Assembly (NCBI GenBank): GCA_965285935.1
Contig: OZ260664.1
Coordinates: 26,846,001 to 26,910,000 of the forward strand
Direction of reading: 5' to 3'
Length of the DNA stretch: 64,000 nt
Source: Ophelia neglecta
Taxonomy: Eukaryota
Part shown: piece after piece, positions 13,189-25,288 of the stretch
How positions within the stretch are numbered: position 1 is the stretch's first letter
How the letters are laid out: each line of letters opens with the position of its first letter
Position numbers and translations under genes: made by a program
Notes under the pieces: model-generated
What the model saw: only the letters and a program-made list of their open reading frames with translations
Database searches by the model: none
Told to the model about the DNA's origin: nothing

Positions 13189-14318
13189 ACTTTTTCTGAA
13201 CAGGTGGTTGAGTTGACTTTAATGTCCCTTGTAAAGAGGGGCTTTTGTATCATACCGTAGAAGTGTGACAAGGTGAAATGTGTTCTGAAAAAGATTTTTT
13301 TTCCCGAAGCCACGTCATCTGCATGCATAATCTTCATACAATTTGGCAGCAAAATTACATAGATTTTTCAATCGTCCATGCCGAAGGACAGAACAAAAGA
13401 GCAGCATGGACTAATAAATAGAATTCCTTTAGATAAGTGATGCAGTACGGACACTTGTTTCGTTACAATAATTATACAACCCCCAGTTCTCTGAGTAGAC
13501 GTCACTTTTTTTCGGAATAGAAGCTCATTCACGCGTGGGAATTACAGGAAGCCCATTTGGTTTTTATTGTGCTATCCTACCTGCAATCCCCAATCAAGTT
13601 GTTGGTTACCCACTATATCGAGCGCAACTTAACCTACAAATTGTAAATTCAAAGGCTAGCTCTTCGCTTTATAATATTGATTTTTGCCGTAATTGCAGCA
13701 AGCCTATAGGCCTATACACAGACATTATAACCTGCCGTTAGATTTATCGACAAGCTAGCATAGCTTATTCGATACGCAATAAAACTTAATGTATATATCA
13801 AGCTTTTAATGGAACCATGGTTGGCCGACTGCTATAGCCCGTAAGGAGAAGACCATCTGTCAGATGGTAAGCAAAAAGCGTTGGCGGACGTCAGCTCAGA
13901 AAATAGCCCCGTTCATAAGGAACGAGTGCCAACAAGCACTCTGTGCGTGTGAAGATAGCTTTAAATAATTCACTGTCACGGAATCCTGGCTACTTTAGTG
14001 GAAGGCATATCTTAAGAATCAAGACCATAGAGCAGGCACGGTGAGAAACGGCCACGACACTAGCTACAGTAGGAACCGTTTTTTCTCATGCACCTTTGTA
14101 AACAAATTATATTTCACACGACAACTGATCTCAATAGCTTGATACTTCGCTGTCGTGAGGAGGGCCAAATCAGCATTAATTACACAGAGTATATAATACG
14201 TGGATCCAACCTTCGCTGGCTTATGACCATAGTACTTTGTAGAATGTATTACGTGTGCCTAAATTTTGTATGATCAATGAAAAGCGTTGATTGATTTTGC
14301 AGTGCGTAGTTGCTATAT

Positions 14319-15804
14319 ATGATGATGAATTGTGGATTAGAGGACAGGGAAGCCAAGCCTCGAGTCACGTTTAAAGACTCGTTGGAGGAAAATGCTGAAG
14401 TCGGAACAAATGAAATGGACGCCTTGGACACCCTGAACAGCATGATTGACCTCAGCTTAGATGAAGGTACATACATATTTAGCTTATAGGCTACTCAATT
14501 ATGGCCGGAGCTGCCTTTCGAAATTAATGCATTTCGTCAAATAGTTTTGGATTCTATGTAGGGCTGGTCATAAAAGATTCATCAATAGTTTTAATTCTAA
14601 AGGCAACAGGCGTAATAACACCGGGTTCAACTTTGTATTTTAATTCCCTGTGGAAAGACATTATTGATATTTTTCGATATAGGATAAGTCTATGTACAAC
14701 GTTTTCATTAGTTTATCCCATACCAGCTAACGTTATTTCGAAATGCTCATTTCAGTGTCAACACCACGGCCAGCTAGCACGGAGCAAGTTCAGATAGGAT
14801 ACATTGGCCCTGGGATAAACAGTGACCAATCTGAGGATGTCATTGTTACAACATGTTCATCCGCTGCCCGCCCGTATCCTGGTGGATCTAGTAGCACCAA
14901 CTCCGGCAAGGAAATCATGGCGAGAGAAACTAGATTCGGACGTCCAACAAGTGGTCTGGCACTAGAAGACCATGGTGGAATCCAGTACGAGGGTAGTGTC
15001 AGCCTTAATGAGCCTCGCGTGTCGAATACTAATAATTATTTGGCACACTCCATATCACGCCAAATGACTTCCACGCGCTTGCGCCATCCGGCGGATATCC
15101 GTCTTATTAACGGCGTGTCTCAGCACTCCGGCGAAGAAACATGGCAGATCACATGGAAAACAGGAGTTCCTTTGATAAGTGCCTATATGGCTGGTGTAAC
15201 GTCATTTATTGCCTTTTTCCACATGCAAGATGGTCTGTTGCCGAGGTTAAAATACCCATTTATTGGAAACCTATTGGATTGGAAGCAAAATGTAACTCCT
15301 TTGGTATGGTGGGGAAATGGTGCCGTGCTGGTTTTACTTTTGTGGTGTATCGCTTATGCACGACGATTTCTGCATATAGTACTCTCTTTGGCCCTAGTTA
15401 AGCCTTACCGCCCAGTAGGTGAGAAGTCAGTGGGGCAGACAACATGTACTATCATCACATGCGTTGTCATGATAACCTACCACCTAATCATGGGGGCATG
15501 GCTTGGCTGGGCCAGTAATATATACCTCGGGTATATGATATCTGACCTTCAATATGCTGCAACCGGATTTGTACTAATGGCTGCTGCTGAAATAACTTGT
15601 GTCATAATGACTGTGCTCACCCTTAAGAGAAGAAAGCAGCGAAGTTTACGATATAAAATTACGAAAAATATTTTAGATTTTATCTCGTGGTTAGGTTTTG
15701 CTCTAGTTTCTCTTACTTTGCCAGCTTTTGTTCACTTATTGGTTAGAATAATCATTGTCTTTATTCTCTTGAAGTCGGATCAAGCGAGACCATCTTGTTG
15801 TTAG
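14319..15804 (+). CDS. Divergent TECR/steroid-5-alpha-reductase-like multi-pass membrane protein, probable pseudoenzyme, 398 aa (exons 14319-14466, 14756-15804)
   Basis: Exon 1 MMMNCGLEDREAKPRVTFKD...LSLDE ends phase 1 (GAA G|gtacat) and joins the phase-1 acceptor catttcag| at 14756 in the 14743-15804 ORF frame. The C-terminal half aligns block by block with the 17865 ORF (YPFIGNLL/WPLIGNLL; WCIAYARRF/WGIHFSRRF; GAWLGWASN/GLWNGWSLN; ISWLGFALVSLTLPAF/ITWVGFAVATMTLAAF). AATAAA at 16077. Confidence 0.8.
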
Positions 15805-17864
15805 AATTTAGGATGATTGTGTAACAACCAGTGCAAAGATTGAATTTATATACTTAACACAATTACAGTATCCATGTGGGTTTAACTATATTATAACATG
15901 ATATCAAAGATTCCATCATTTATATGATAAATGCCAACATAAGTTTGTGCTAATTTTAAGTTTCCACAAACGCATATCTGCCTCATTTTCAATCATTTTC
16001 AAGACTTGTCTTGCGAACGTAAAAATTGGCGTTTATCCAATTTTATTTTGTTTGATCTTCTAGGTTTGTGTGTTTGAATAAAGAAACAATTGGAATGCAA
16101 ATGTATATTGTTAATTACCTGTACATTGCCTAATGTACCTATATGAAAATTTATTGACCATCACTGAGATTGGGTTAATTTGATGATAAACAGGCCTGCT
16201 GTCATAAATTCCCCACAGATTATATAGGCATATTTGTTCTATACGAGACGAGCACTGGTGTACGATGTTGCCGTTGTTTAAAGGGCCCTTGAAGAGCAGA
16301 GATATCCGAGATATGCGATCGGTTGTTTGAACTTGTCGTCTGGCAGGTCGAAGGTTACACGACCTAGTCCTACCTGTACAGTACCTCCAACGTCTATACC
16401 TATACCTTAAGAGGCTATAGTTAGCATTGTAGGGGTCGACACAATAGTAGTTGGTGTGCTTAGTAATTGGAAATTGTCCAACCTCTAATGAACAATACAC
16501 GCTTCATAATGCTTGAAAGTTCTTAAACAAATGTTCAAAATCTATCAGGAGTTTCCATGCTTTATTTTGAAGTCAAATTGTTTATATGAGGTTAATTATC
16601 GGCCGATTGCGGTAAATAAATCGTCAGCACATCCACGGTATTTTGAGACGATACGTCTCTCGTAGTAAACAAGCTATACACCACCAGTGTCAACGAATGC
16701 TTTGGGGCCTTGCAATAGAACAATCTGTGAATGGCATTAAGTAGGCTGGAAACTTTACAAGCCCAGGCTTAAACCTGTATAATGCAAGTTATATCTGAAT
16801 GAAAACCTGTGAGGAGAATATGTAGGATACAACTAGAAGGAAGAAACTCCGTGGAAGATTAACCACTGATTGCAACAACTCCTGACAATATTTGGACGTA
16901 TTCGGTTTAGCCAAGGTTGTCACTTAACAAAATATGGACGGGAAACTTGAATCAAGTTTGAATGGTGTCCGATGTGAGGGGGCGTGTGTTGTTTCCAGTT
17001 TTGGACTGTACACGTTCATATGATATTATCGGTATGCGAAAATGTTTAAGGGCATATCATCGATATAACCTTAAACCTTATAAAGGGTAAGTAGCCTTTA
17101 TACTTGTGCTGTGCATATAGCTTACTGCCACACTGTGGTTATACTTAATTATTTAACAATGCCTTTTAATCAGCAAGGCTTTGGGCTACCTCTTCATTTT
17201 GCATTGCTTGATATACATACATAATTAAAATGCATCAGAATGAATCGACTTGCAAATTAATGTCATTTGTAATACTAACAGGTCAGACTTAACTCCTGCT
17301 AATGTAAGTCATCTAAAGATATGTCATGAACGGATCACTACTTTATAAGTTAATTTTAAGTAGAAGTTTCAGTTGTTTATATATTAACGAATCAATTCAG
17401 GTTCATTTTTTATGACTTCTCGTACAGATAGCAGATTAATATTCGACTTGATTTTTCACATTAGGCTAGTGTACATGTCTTTGAAGTGTTACAAATTGAT
17501 AAATGGATTACATTGGTCTTGCTAATGATTGGGCACAAAGTACATACAACAACTTGTAGGGATAGTGCATATTTGATGCCTGGATGACAGTATAATTTAG
17601 CATCCTACACTTTGTATTAACCAAAGATTTCGTCTTAAAAAAAGTTTAATATTGATCGATTCATTGAATGTTTTCAGTTGAATTTCTGATCACGATAGGT
17701 TACTTCCACTAATAATTTAATGCTCTTTTCTGTTGCAGATTTATTTATTCGTTCAGAAGAGGATACACCTCAATTGGAAAAAAATACTTTTTCCTACGTA
17801 GTAGTCATTAAACTTTTTCCTAGTAGTATCTATCAGCCCTACGTCAAAGATACGCATTACCGGA

Positions 17865-18683
17865 ATGGAGCGACAGTTTATGCGGGAGCAAGTGCGAGAG
17901 TCTCGGCGGTACCTGACTAGGAGTAGCGGCATTATACCCTACCGACCGGAAGACAATGGATGTTATCCAAGACTTTCTATCTCCTTATCCGCTTTCGGGG
18001 CCGCGTTCTTTTTTCTACTTGGAATAAACCTTGACTATATGCCTGTTGTGCCATGGCCATTAATAGGGAATCTGCTCCCTTTAGAAGAACTACTGGAAAG
18101 TGAAACTATAGTTGTCATGTTTATAGTTATGTGGGGCATTCACTTCAGCAGACGATTCGGAGAGGTTTTATTGCTGCATGATTATAGGAGGAAAATGAGT
18201 TATCTAGAAGCAATAGGTTGTAACCTATACTACTGGATATTTGGTTTGTGGAATGGATGGTCTCTGAACTTTATGCGAGATAAATGGTGGTATGCCCCAC
18301 CTCCAATTTTGTTGGTTTTAATAGGAACTTTACTTTTCGTAGTAGGTCAGATAGGTAACTGTGCTAGCCATATTAAACTTTATCAAATAAGGAAGAAAGC
18401 AAGTTTTTATGATCAAAATATTGTCAAATCCCAACATATCATTCCGAGAGGGCCCCTTTTTAAGTACATTTCCTGTCCACATTATTTATTTGAGTCTATC
18501 ACGTGGGTAGGGTTTGCTGTTGCCACCATGACATTAGCTGCGTTCGTGTTCATGCTGTGTACTATCATAACTGTGTCTGTCTACGCCTTCAGACGACACA
18601 AGGCATACCAGAAGGAATTCGATGGTCGTAATGGCAGGCAAAGGTATCCCGAAAGGAAAGCATGTATCCCTTTCATATTTTAA
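17865..18683 (+). CDS. 3-oxo-5-alpha-steroid 4-dehydrogenase family protein, trans-2,3-enoyl-CoA reductase (TECR/Tsc13/CER10)-like, 272 aa, intronless CDS
   Basis: Family motifs HFSRRFGEVLLLH, YYW, GQIGNxxxHxxL, IPRGPLFKYISCPHYLFE, RRHKAYQKEF and YPERKACIPFIF; several hydrophobic helices; in-frame stop at 17802 upstream of the ATG. Confidence 0.92.
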   Translation: MERQFMREQVRESRRYLTRSSGIIPYRPEDNGCYPRLSISLSAFGAAFFFLLGINLDYMPVVPWPLIGNLLPLEELLESETIVVMFIVMWGIHFSRRFGEVLLLHDYRRKMSYLEAIGCNLYYWIFGLWNGWSLNFMRDKWWYAPPPILLVLIGTLLFVVGQIGNCASHIKLYQIRKKASFYDQNIVKSQHIIPRGPLFKYISCPHYLFESITWVGFAVATMTLAAFVFMLCTIITVSVYAFRRHKAYQKEFDGRNGRQRYPERKACIPFIF

Positions 18684-21419
18684 AGTAAATTAATGTTTTA
18701 CAATTATAAAATATGTTCAGTTTACTATAAGACATTTTACAAGTTAAGAGCTGTGTTCAAGTTGTGGGTGATCTAATCGTTTAATCTTAGCTAAGGATAT
18801 CTAAGTCATCATTTGGTTATATATTAATTTTGTTTATTAAGAAAAAAACGTTCATCTTTAGGTTTATTTAAGATATATTAGAAAAATAGATCAAACTGTT
18901 GCTGAGTGCAGTATTTTTCTGTCACAATGTGATCAAATCGTATTAATTATCATACATAAATTGTTCAATGTTCGTATTTTGACGAACAGCCATTTGCCCA
19001 ACAATGACATGGGTCTATGTGCGCACCGTTTTCATAGAATCTAGTTGATAGCGAATGTTCTTGACGTCATGACTGCCAAAAAGTGAAGATGAAGTTAAGC
19101 GACAGGCGGATATCAAGATTGAGAGAAAGCACAACATATATTAGCAGATTGGCTATATGTTTAACCGACGTGCCATTTTCCCTTCCACAAGTCATTGGGG
19201 GGAAACGTTTACCTGCGAGGAAAAAGTGAACGCATGCCAAATTTATTTGATATATGTTTCAATGGAGTGGCACAAAACTTGCTGCACTGAAAAGAACTCA
19301 ACTTCAATGTAAACGGTTCCGAAAAATATCACATCAGGAAAATATTACCACATTAATGGATTTTAACCCACATAAGAATTTAGAAGACAGCATATCAGTT
19401 GCCTAGAGCCTATTGCCTCAGGATGTTTTTTCCTTACACCTGTTTTTTCGGTTTTCTCATAGAACAATCGCCTGCAAGCTTACATACCTAATACTACCGA
19501 ATCACATTAAAAGCAAGACAATAGAAGTGCTGGTAAGAGCAAATACATAATAGTAAAAAAAAACAACGCTGTTTGATGATATACAAATTGTACCTCCTTA
19601 CGTCCGTGCGAATTCCACTTGTAGGTTAAGAAATAAAGTTTCCTGCCAAATTCGTATATTGAAGAAATTCCTGTTTTTAATCTTAAGGTAACCTTTTTAT
19701 TGTTTAATAGCCGACATTGATTTCGTGATGTTCCTTATAGATTGTTAATCCAGTGGTGTGTGCAACATTTTAAATCCATATAAAAACTGTCAATGTCTTT
19801 CAGGAGGCTGAAAGATGGTGTTTCGATTCCGTGTTATGGTCCCGCAAAAATTATGATATATTCAGTCACGAATTTTGATATAATCATTGGTATTTTTTAT
19901 AAGTATGGTCATTGGGTATTTGGTTGAAACTTTGACTAAAACGTTCTTGAAATTTTGATAAGAGTTTTCATCCATTTGAATTTTTGTTACAAAATACCCA
20001 CGTTTTGCTGCCTCCTTATTTGGGGGTGAAAATAAAATAAAATAAAAGTTAATACTTCATTATGACGCCCCTGGCGCTATTTAATTTGGAAAAATGATGC
20101 ACAAATAGGAAAGAAATGTATGCCCTGTCAGTATTTGAATATCACATGATTTAAACAATAATTGATTTATCTGTAAGTTATTTTGCTCAATGGATTTTTT
20201 TCGTCCTATTTTTAATCATTCAACCAAATTACATACGGTCTTTTGCAGATCACAGATATGATATTCTTTCACTTTCATGCATGAACCGAAGGTGGTTTTT
20301 TATGGGTCGGTCGATATACTTCTTACTCACAACATCTGCAACCAACTACTGCCAAAAATTCAAATAACCATTCGAAAAGTAATGTATGATACATATCATC
20401 CTTTACACTTCTCCGCAAAATATCACAACCATATTCCGTTGAAAATATTGTGGAATCTCCTTGGGCAGATGTGAAGTGCTCCCTTTCATATACATTTGTA
20501 CGTAAAGAAAATTCTTGTGTGCATAAATATACATGCCATTGGTCTAAGATTATATGCATCATACTATTAACACTAGCTAACTGTGTGGTTGACGACCGCA
20601 AATGAGAGAGGTACCACCGACCAAAATGACTAAGGTAAATGACTCCATAACACGTATATTACGGTGCTTGTGAGAAGCAGTGTTGATCACGACCAGAATC
20701 GGATGTAGAAATGTGCTTTAAACTATAGTATCTTAGGCCCATGCGTACATTCGTTATACTTATTTCTAACAATGTATATCAGTCACCATTTGAGGAAGTT
20801 TGTCTAATAAAACATGTGTTTACTTTGATTTGGTTTCATGGTCCTGAACGAGAACGTGGAACTCGGTCTGTGCGGGTAGGCATTTGTTACAGTGAATGGT
20901 TTTCAAAAACGCACAGAGGCCTACAATCAGTTAAGTGTATTCACTGTATGGGATGTGCACATTAAATCGCCTCCCTCTGTTTCTGACAACGTCAGTTTTG
21001 GATAAAAGAAGACCAGTTAAATTTGTTTTATAGACATAAAACTATATGCCTATAGTTTTAACGCTTTAAAGGCCTGACATCTTCTAGTCGGAAGCAGTAC
21101 ATCTACCGAAGGTAATTCTTGTAAATAATTGAACATGATACTTGTTGACATTACATGTACACGACACAGCGACGCCCAAAATGTCACTTGTTAATAGTGC
21201 TATAAGACGGCCCATAGTTTATTCCTATATGTATATGGTTATTCTATCGTGGGTTAAGTAGCCACTTATTCAGGTCTTATATTAATCGAAATATGAGGCA
21301 TGCAACATATCTAAAATGTACAGGGTTTCTATTAAATACTTATCAAAAATTATTTTATTTTTAAGTTTTTATACGCTCAGTAGTTATCATCGCCCGGATA
21401 ACACCGCTTGGACTCGGCC

Positions 21420-22229
21420 ATGGTGTCTTCTGTGACGCTGGAGAACTACTCAGAACAGGAAGTGGAAGTACTAGTTACGGACCACCAAGGTCATCAGGTG
21501 AACATCCCGCTGGACCCGCAGGCTAAATCATCGATAGCTATAGCCCCGGGAAAGGTATATTACGGGACAAGTTTAACTGTTTTTACTGCCAGTTTTCAAT
21601 TGCATGGCTTTTCAATTGACATTTTGAGATAACCAGTTGCCAATTTAAAGTTTATCAGATCTAATACATATATAATTATGACAATGGTTCACATCGATGA
21701 CTAATAATCTTGGAACCTTATTCTAAGTCCAGAACGTTATACTTTAAGGGCCATGGGCATTGGCTGCTGGCAACCTACGTCAAATCCGTGACTCCCACTG
21801 ACTATGGCAATTGGCCCCCTGAACAAATTTTAAGCCTCACCACTAATTTTAAGGATATTCGGAATTTACTGGTTTAGCCTTCCTTTTTATAAATAAAATA
21901 CAGTTTAGAAAAATAACGAATATGATTTGTAAACTAAAACTTAAATTTTAAATCTACATAACTTTTATTTTGATACTGATTAAGGAAATTGCAATGAACA
22001 TGCAAGCGAAAGCTGTCGGAGTATTAAATAGATCTACAGGCGGATATCGTATAACGTCTGACATCCATTTTCCCGTCAGGTGTTTCTGAAGCTATTCCGT
22101 CCAGGTTCCCGAGGAGGCCGAGGTTTTGGAATGAGTCTAATGAATGCGGATCTCACCACTGCCATTGTAGACAGTGGACATAAAGTTATCATTGTCAATG
22201 GAGCTTCGGGACCAATTTTTCAAAAATAA
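21420..22229 (+). CDS. Small uncharacterised 94-aa protein (exons 21420-21554, 22080-22229)
   Basis: ggccATGG start; phase-0 donor AAG|gtatat at 21554; acceptor ttttcccgtcag| at 22080 gives an open exon VFLKLFRPGSRGGRGFG...GPIFQK* ending TAA 22227-22229; AATAAA at 22342; both exons are GC-richer than their flanks; candidate 5'UTR acceptor at 21380. Confidence 0.75.
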
Positions 22230-23815
22230 CTTCGGAACGACAAGTAGAGACGGGTCATCCTCTTGCAAACTAAAGGACTCCTGAACATTTTTATACGAAA
22301 CTATATTTGATAGTTGCCGTTAGCTGTGTCTATTGAAAATCAATAAAAAGGCTAACTACACGTAAATTGGCACCACACTTTCAAACTTATATAGGCCTGA
22401 TATTATATAATTGTTTTTTTTTTAACATATTAGGAACCTGATCACGGGATAAAAGAGAAAACAAATTTTAAAGACTACTTTGTAACACATATTTTATTTC
22501 TATAATGATGTCATAAGGCAATGTGTTTCAAACATCTTCTCTTGTAAATTAGAAATTCTGGAAGATTTAGGAGTAAGAACGGTATAATTAGATAAAAAAT
22601 TATTGCATTAAACAAAATTTACTCTTGGAGGCACTTAATCAATATGCATGCAGCTGTTCAAATACACTGAAACCGACAAGACAACTTTTTTTATTAATAT
22701 TGTATACGTTGAATCGGTAAATTGACCGGACAAAAACAATCTTAAACATATTTATAATAATCGGTTTATGATCTTGGACCATGGGCAGTCATGTAACTCT
22801 ATCTATGAGATAAAGGTTTATATCCTATTTATTTCGTCAGCAATATATTTATACTGACATCAACATATTGTGCATAATAATATAACTATGACTGTAGACT
22901 AAATGAACCTTTTTTCGGACCTTAACCAAAACCAGTTGTGTTGCCCAACATTGTAGTTTGCACACTTTAAGATACTTACTGCTATTTTGCCTATTAGTGT
23001 CTTAAATACTCTTCTTTCAGGTTTTATCATAATTATACAAGACTCATATTATGGTACTTATCAGTTGGTGATATTTTGATACGCAAAAGAAAGAGCAAAC
23101 TGAATACAAGCAAAAATCGCATATTTGATATTCACGACCATTCCGTGGCACAACCTCAAATTTGCCGCAAGTTTATCATAGCTAAGACTGTAGGCCTATA
23201 ACCTATAGGCCTCTGTATACCTATAACCTTAAGGCCTATGGTACTTATATATATTTAAGTGCTATGTTAATAAGGCATAATACAATAAAAACACATATTT
23301 AAATATGGAACTGGTAGGCCTAGGCATAGGGGATATTAAGAATACCCTGTAGTTGATGGGAGTCCCATAGTGAGAAATCCAAAGTTAATATGGCCAAACC
23401 CTTATCCAATTAAAACGCATTTCCTGTCTATTTTGTAAGAAATTCAATGTCGTTAGCTGTAGAGATTTGTTATCAAATAGTTGTCAGTTTTCATTTGACA
23501 AAGCGATGACTTGTTGACAAATCTCACTCAGGATAAGGGTAACACAGCCAGGCATGTGATGGGTCCCAGGGAACAGATCATTACAAGGCACAGAAAAACC
23601 TCAATGTCACGTGTACACAATGCTACTCATTCTTTGGTTGGCATGCAAAGTTAGCCCAACACAAGAAACGTATAACCCTGCGCTTTTCACCTTCATTTTA
23701 TAATGAAATGATAAAATAAGTATTTCCGGTAATATATTCTACTATAAGCACATACCTAAATGTCCTAAATATATAAACAGAAATAAGTTCTGTGTCAATT
23801 AATATACATACTGTA

Positions 23816-23960
23816 CAGTGAAACCTCCAACGAGAGGCGTCCAAAAAGTAGCCCTTTTTCATAACGGCCTCCTTTGCACTCCAACGTGTTTGAACACTTA
23901 ATTAATCATCACTCCACTTTTTAGTCAACTATCTGGTGGTCACTTATCAGGAGTTCCACT
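23816..23960. mobile_element. Degenerate MITE related to the 795-972 element, in the presumed receptor 3'UTR
   Basis: Begins ta|cagtgaaacc and ends ggtggtcacttatcaggagttccact; termini are eroded. Confidence 0.4.
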
Positions 23961-24698
23961 ATGTTTAACTTGACCTACTAGATAATAGTGGCATATGTCA
24001 TACTAGTAAATGGCATTTAAATTGCATACACATTTCTATTAACATTTGACCAACTGACTTATGCTTTAAATATCACACTTTCCCCTGCTCTGAGCCCAGT
24101 ATTACGTGATATGATTATTGCATAAAGCATTTACTTCTAACACACTAAAAATGTTCTTACACGATATGATCTACTGTCAGAGCTCTAGGTACTATCAAGT
24201 GGTTAGTTATAATAAATTTACTCCAAGACTAAGAGACGGCCTATAGATAGCTCTCTTCTGTGCATTAGATTAGTGTACATTTCTTACATTTTAGGTGTGC
24301 TCACCGCAGAAAATGAGACAGGCAAAACCATCGTATCAAAATATAAAGTAATATCTTTCAAATTTAAGTCCATGGTTGAGTAAGTGTAAAAAAATGTAAT
24401 CCATTCCTTTTTTCATTTTGATATCAGAAGGTTTGCCCATCTCTTTTATAATAATGTGTATTTCATACAATTCTGGTATTTATACCAAGTGCAGTACAAG
24501 GCTAACGGCGTGAATAAGGAAATTACATAAAACAAACATATAATGCATGGAGATACCCTTTGAATGTGTCCGTTTAACGGTAATGATCAGGAAACCTTCC
24601 CCATTAGGCCAATCTCCGTCCAGTCTAACGAGAATTATTGTTCCCAAATCATTGCACATGCAAAGTTCATGATGTCCGATGATCAAGGCTTGATAAAA

Positions 24699-25288
24699 CT
24701 ATAGTTGAGATGGCGGCGAATCAGAGTCTAATATTGGTATCTTAAAATATTTGCTGGTGGTGATTGGGTGAAAAAGAATGAGAGTTGTGATCAGGATGAA
24801 CAGAAGGCACAGCCAAAAAAAGAGTCTGTCGCAAACAGCTGCCACGTGGACCCACTCCTTGGCATAATCCGGCTTGTTATTGGTCTTATTTTTACTGTCG
24901 GAAGAGAAATTCCTCTCGAGTGGCTGTAGAGCTGGAGAACTGGCCGAGTGGCGGCGCTCGCGAGGCAGCTGCATGAGTGGGCTTCGTCTATCACGTGACC
25001 GATCCTCGTGAGATTCGTCATGTGAGGAGGAAGCGACCGGTTCGTGCATCATCACAAGTTTATACTTATGTTTGGACCTTGGCCTCTGGCCTCCTTCCGA
25101 GTCCTTCTCCCGGGCGTCTTGCGTTGGCACACAGTTACACATACAAAGTATCCGGGCAAGATAAATAACAAAGACTTTCTTGGCCCAGATTGGCACGGGT
25201 TTTTCCTTCATTCCGTACAGGTTTAGGACGAACACTGTTGCTACCATAGCCAGAGTGGTGATGGCCATCGTACAAGTCAGATAAATTC
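24699..25288 (-). CDS. Receptor last coding exon: M3, intracellular loop, M4
   Basis: Acceptor ttctttacag|GA; GIYLTCTMAITTLAMVATVFVLNLY...PVPIWAK...EWVHVAAVCDRLFFWL; TAG at 24701-24699. Confidence 0.93.
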
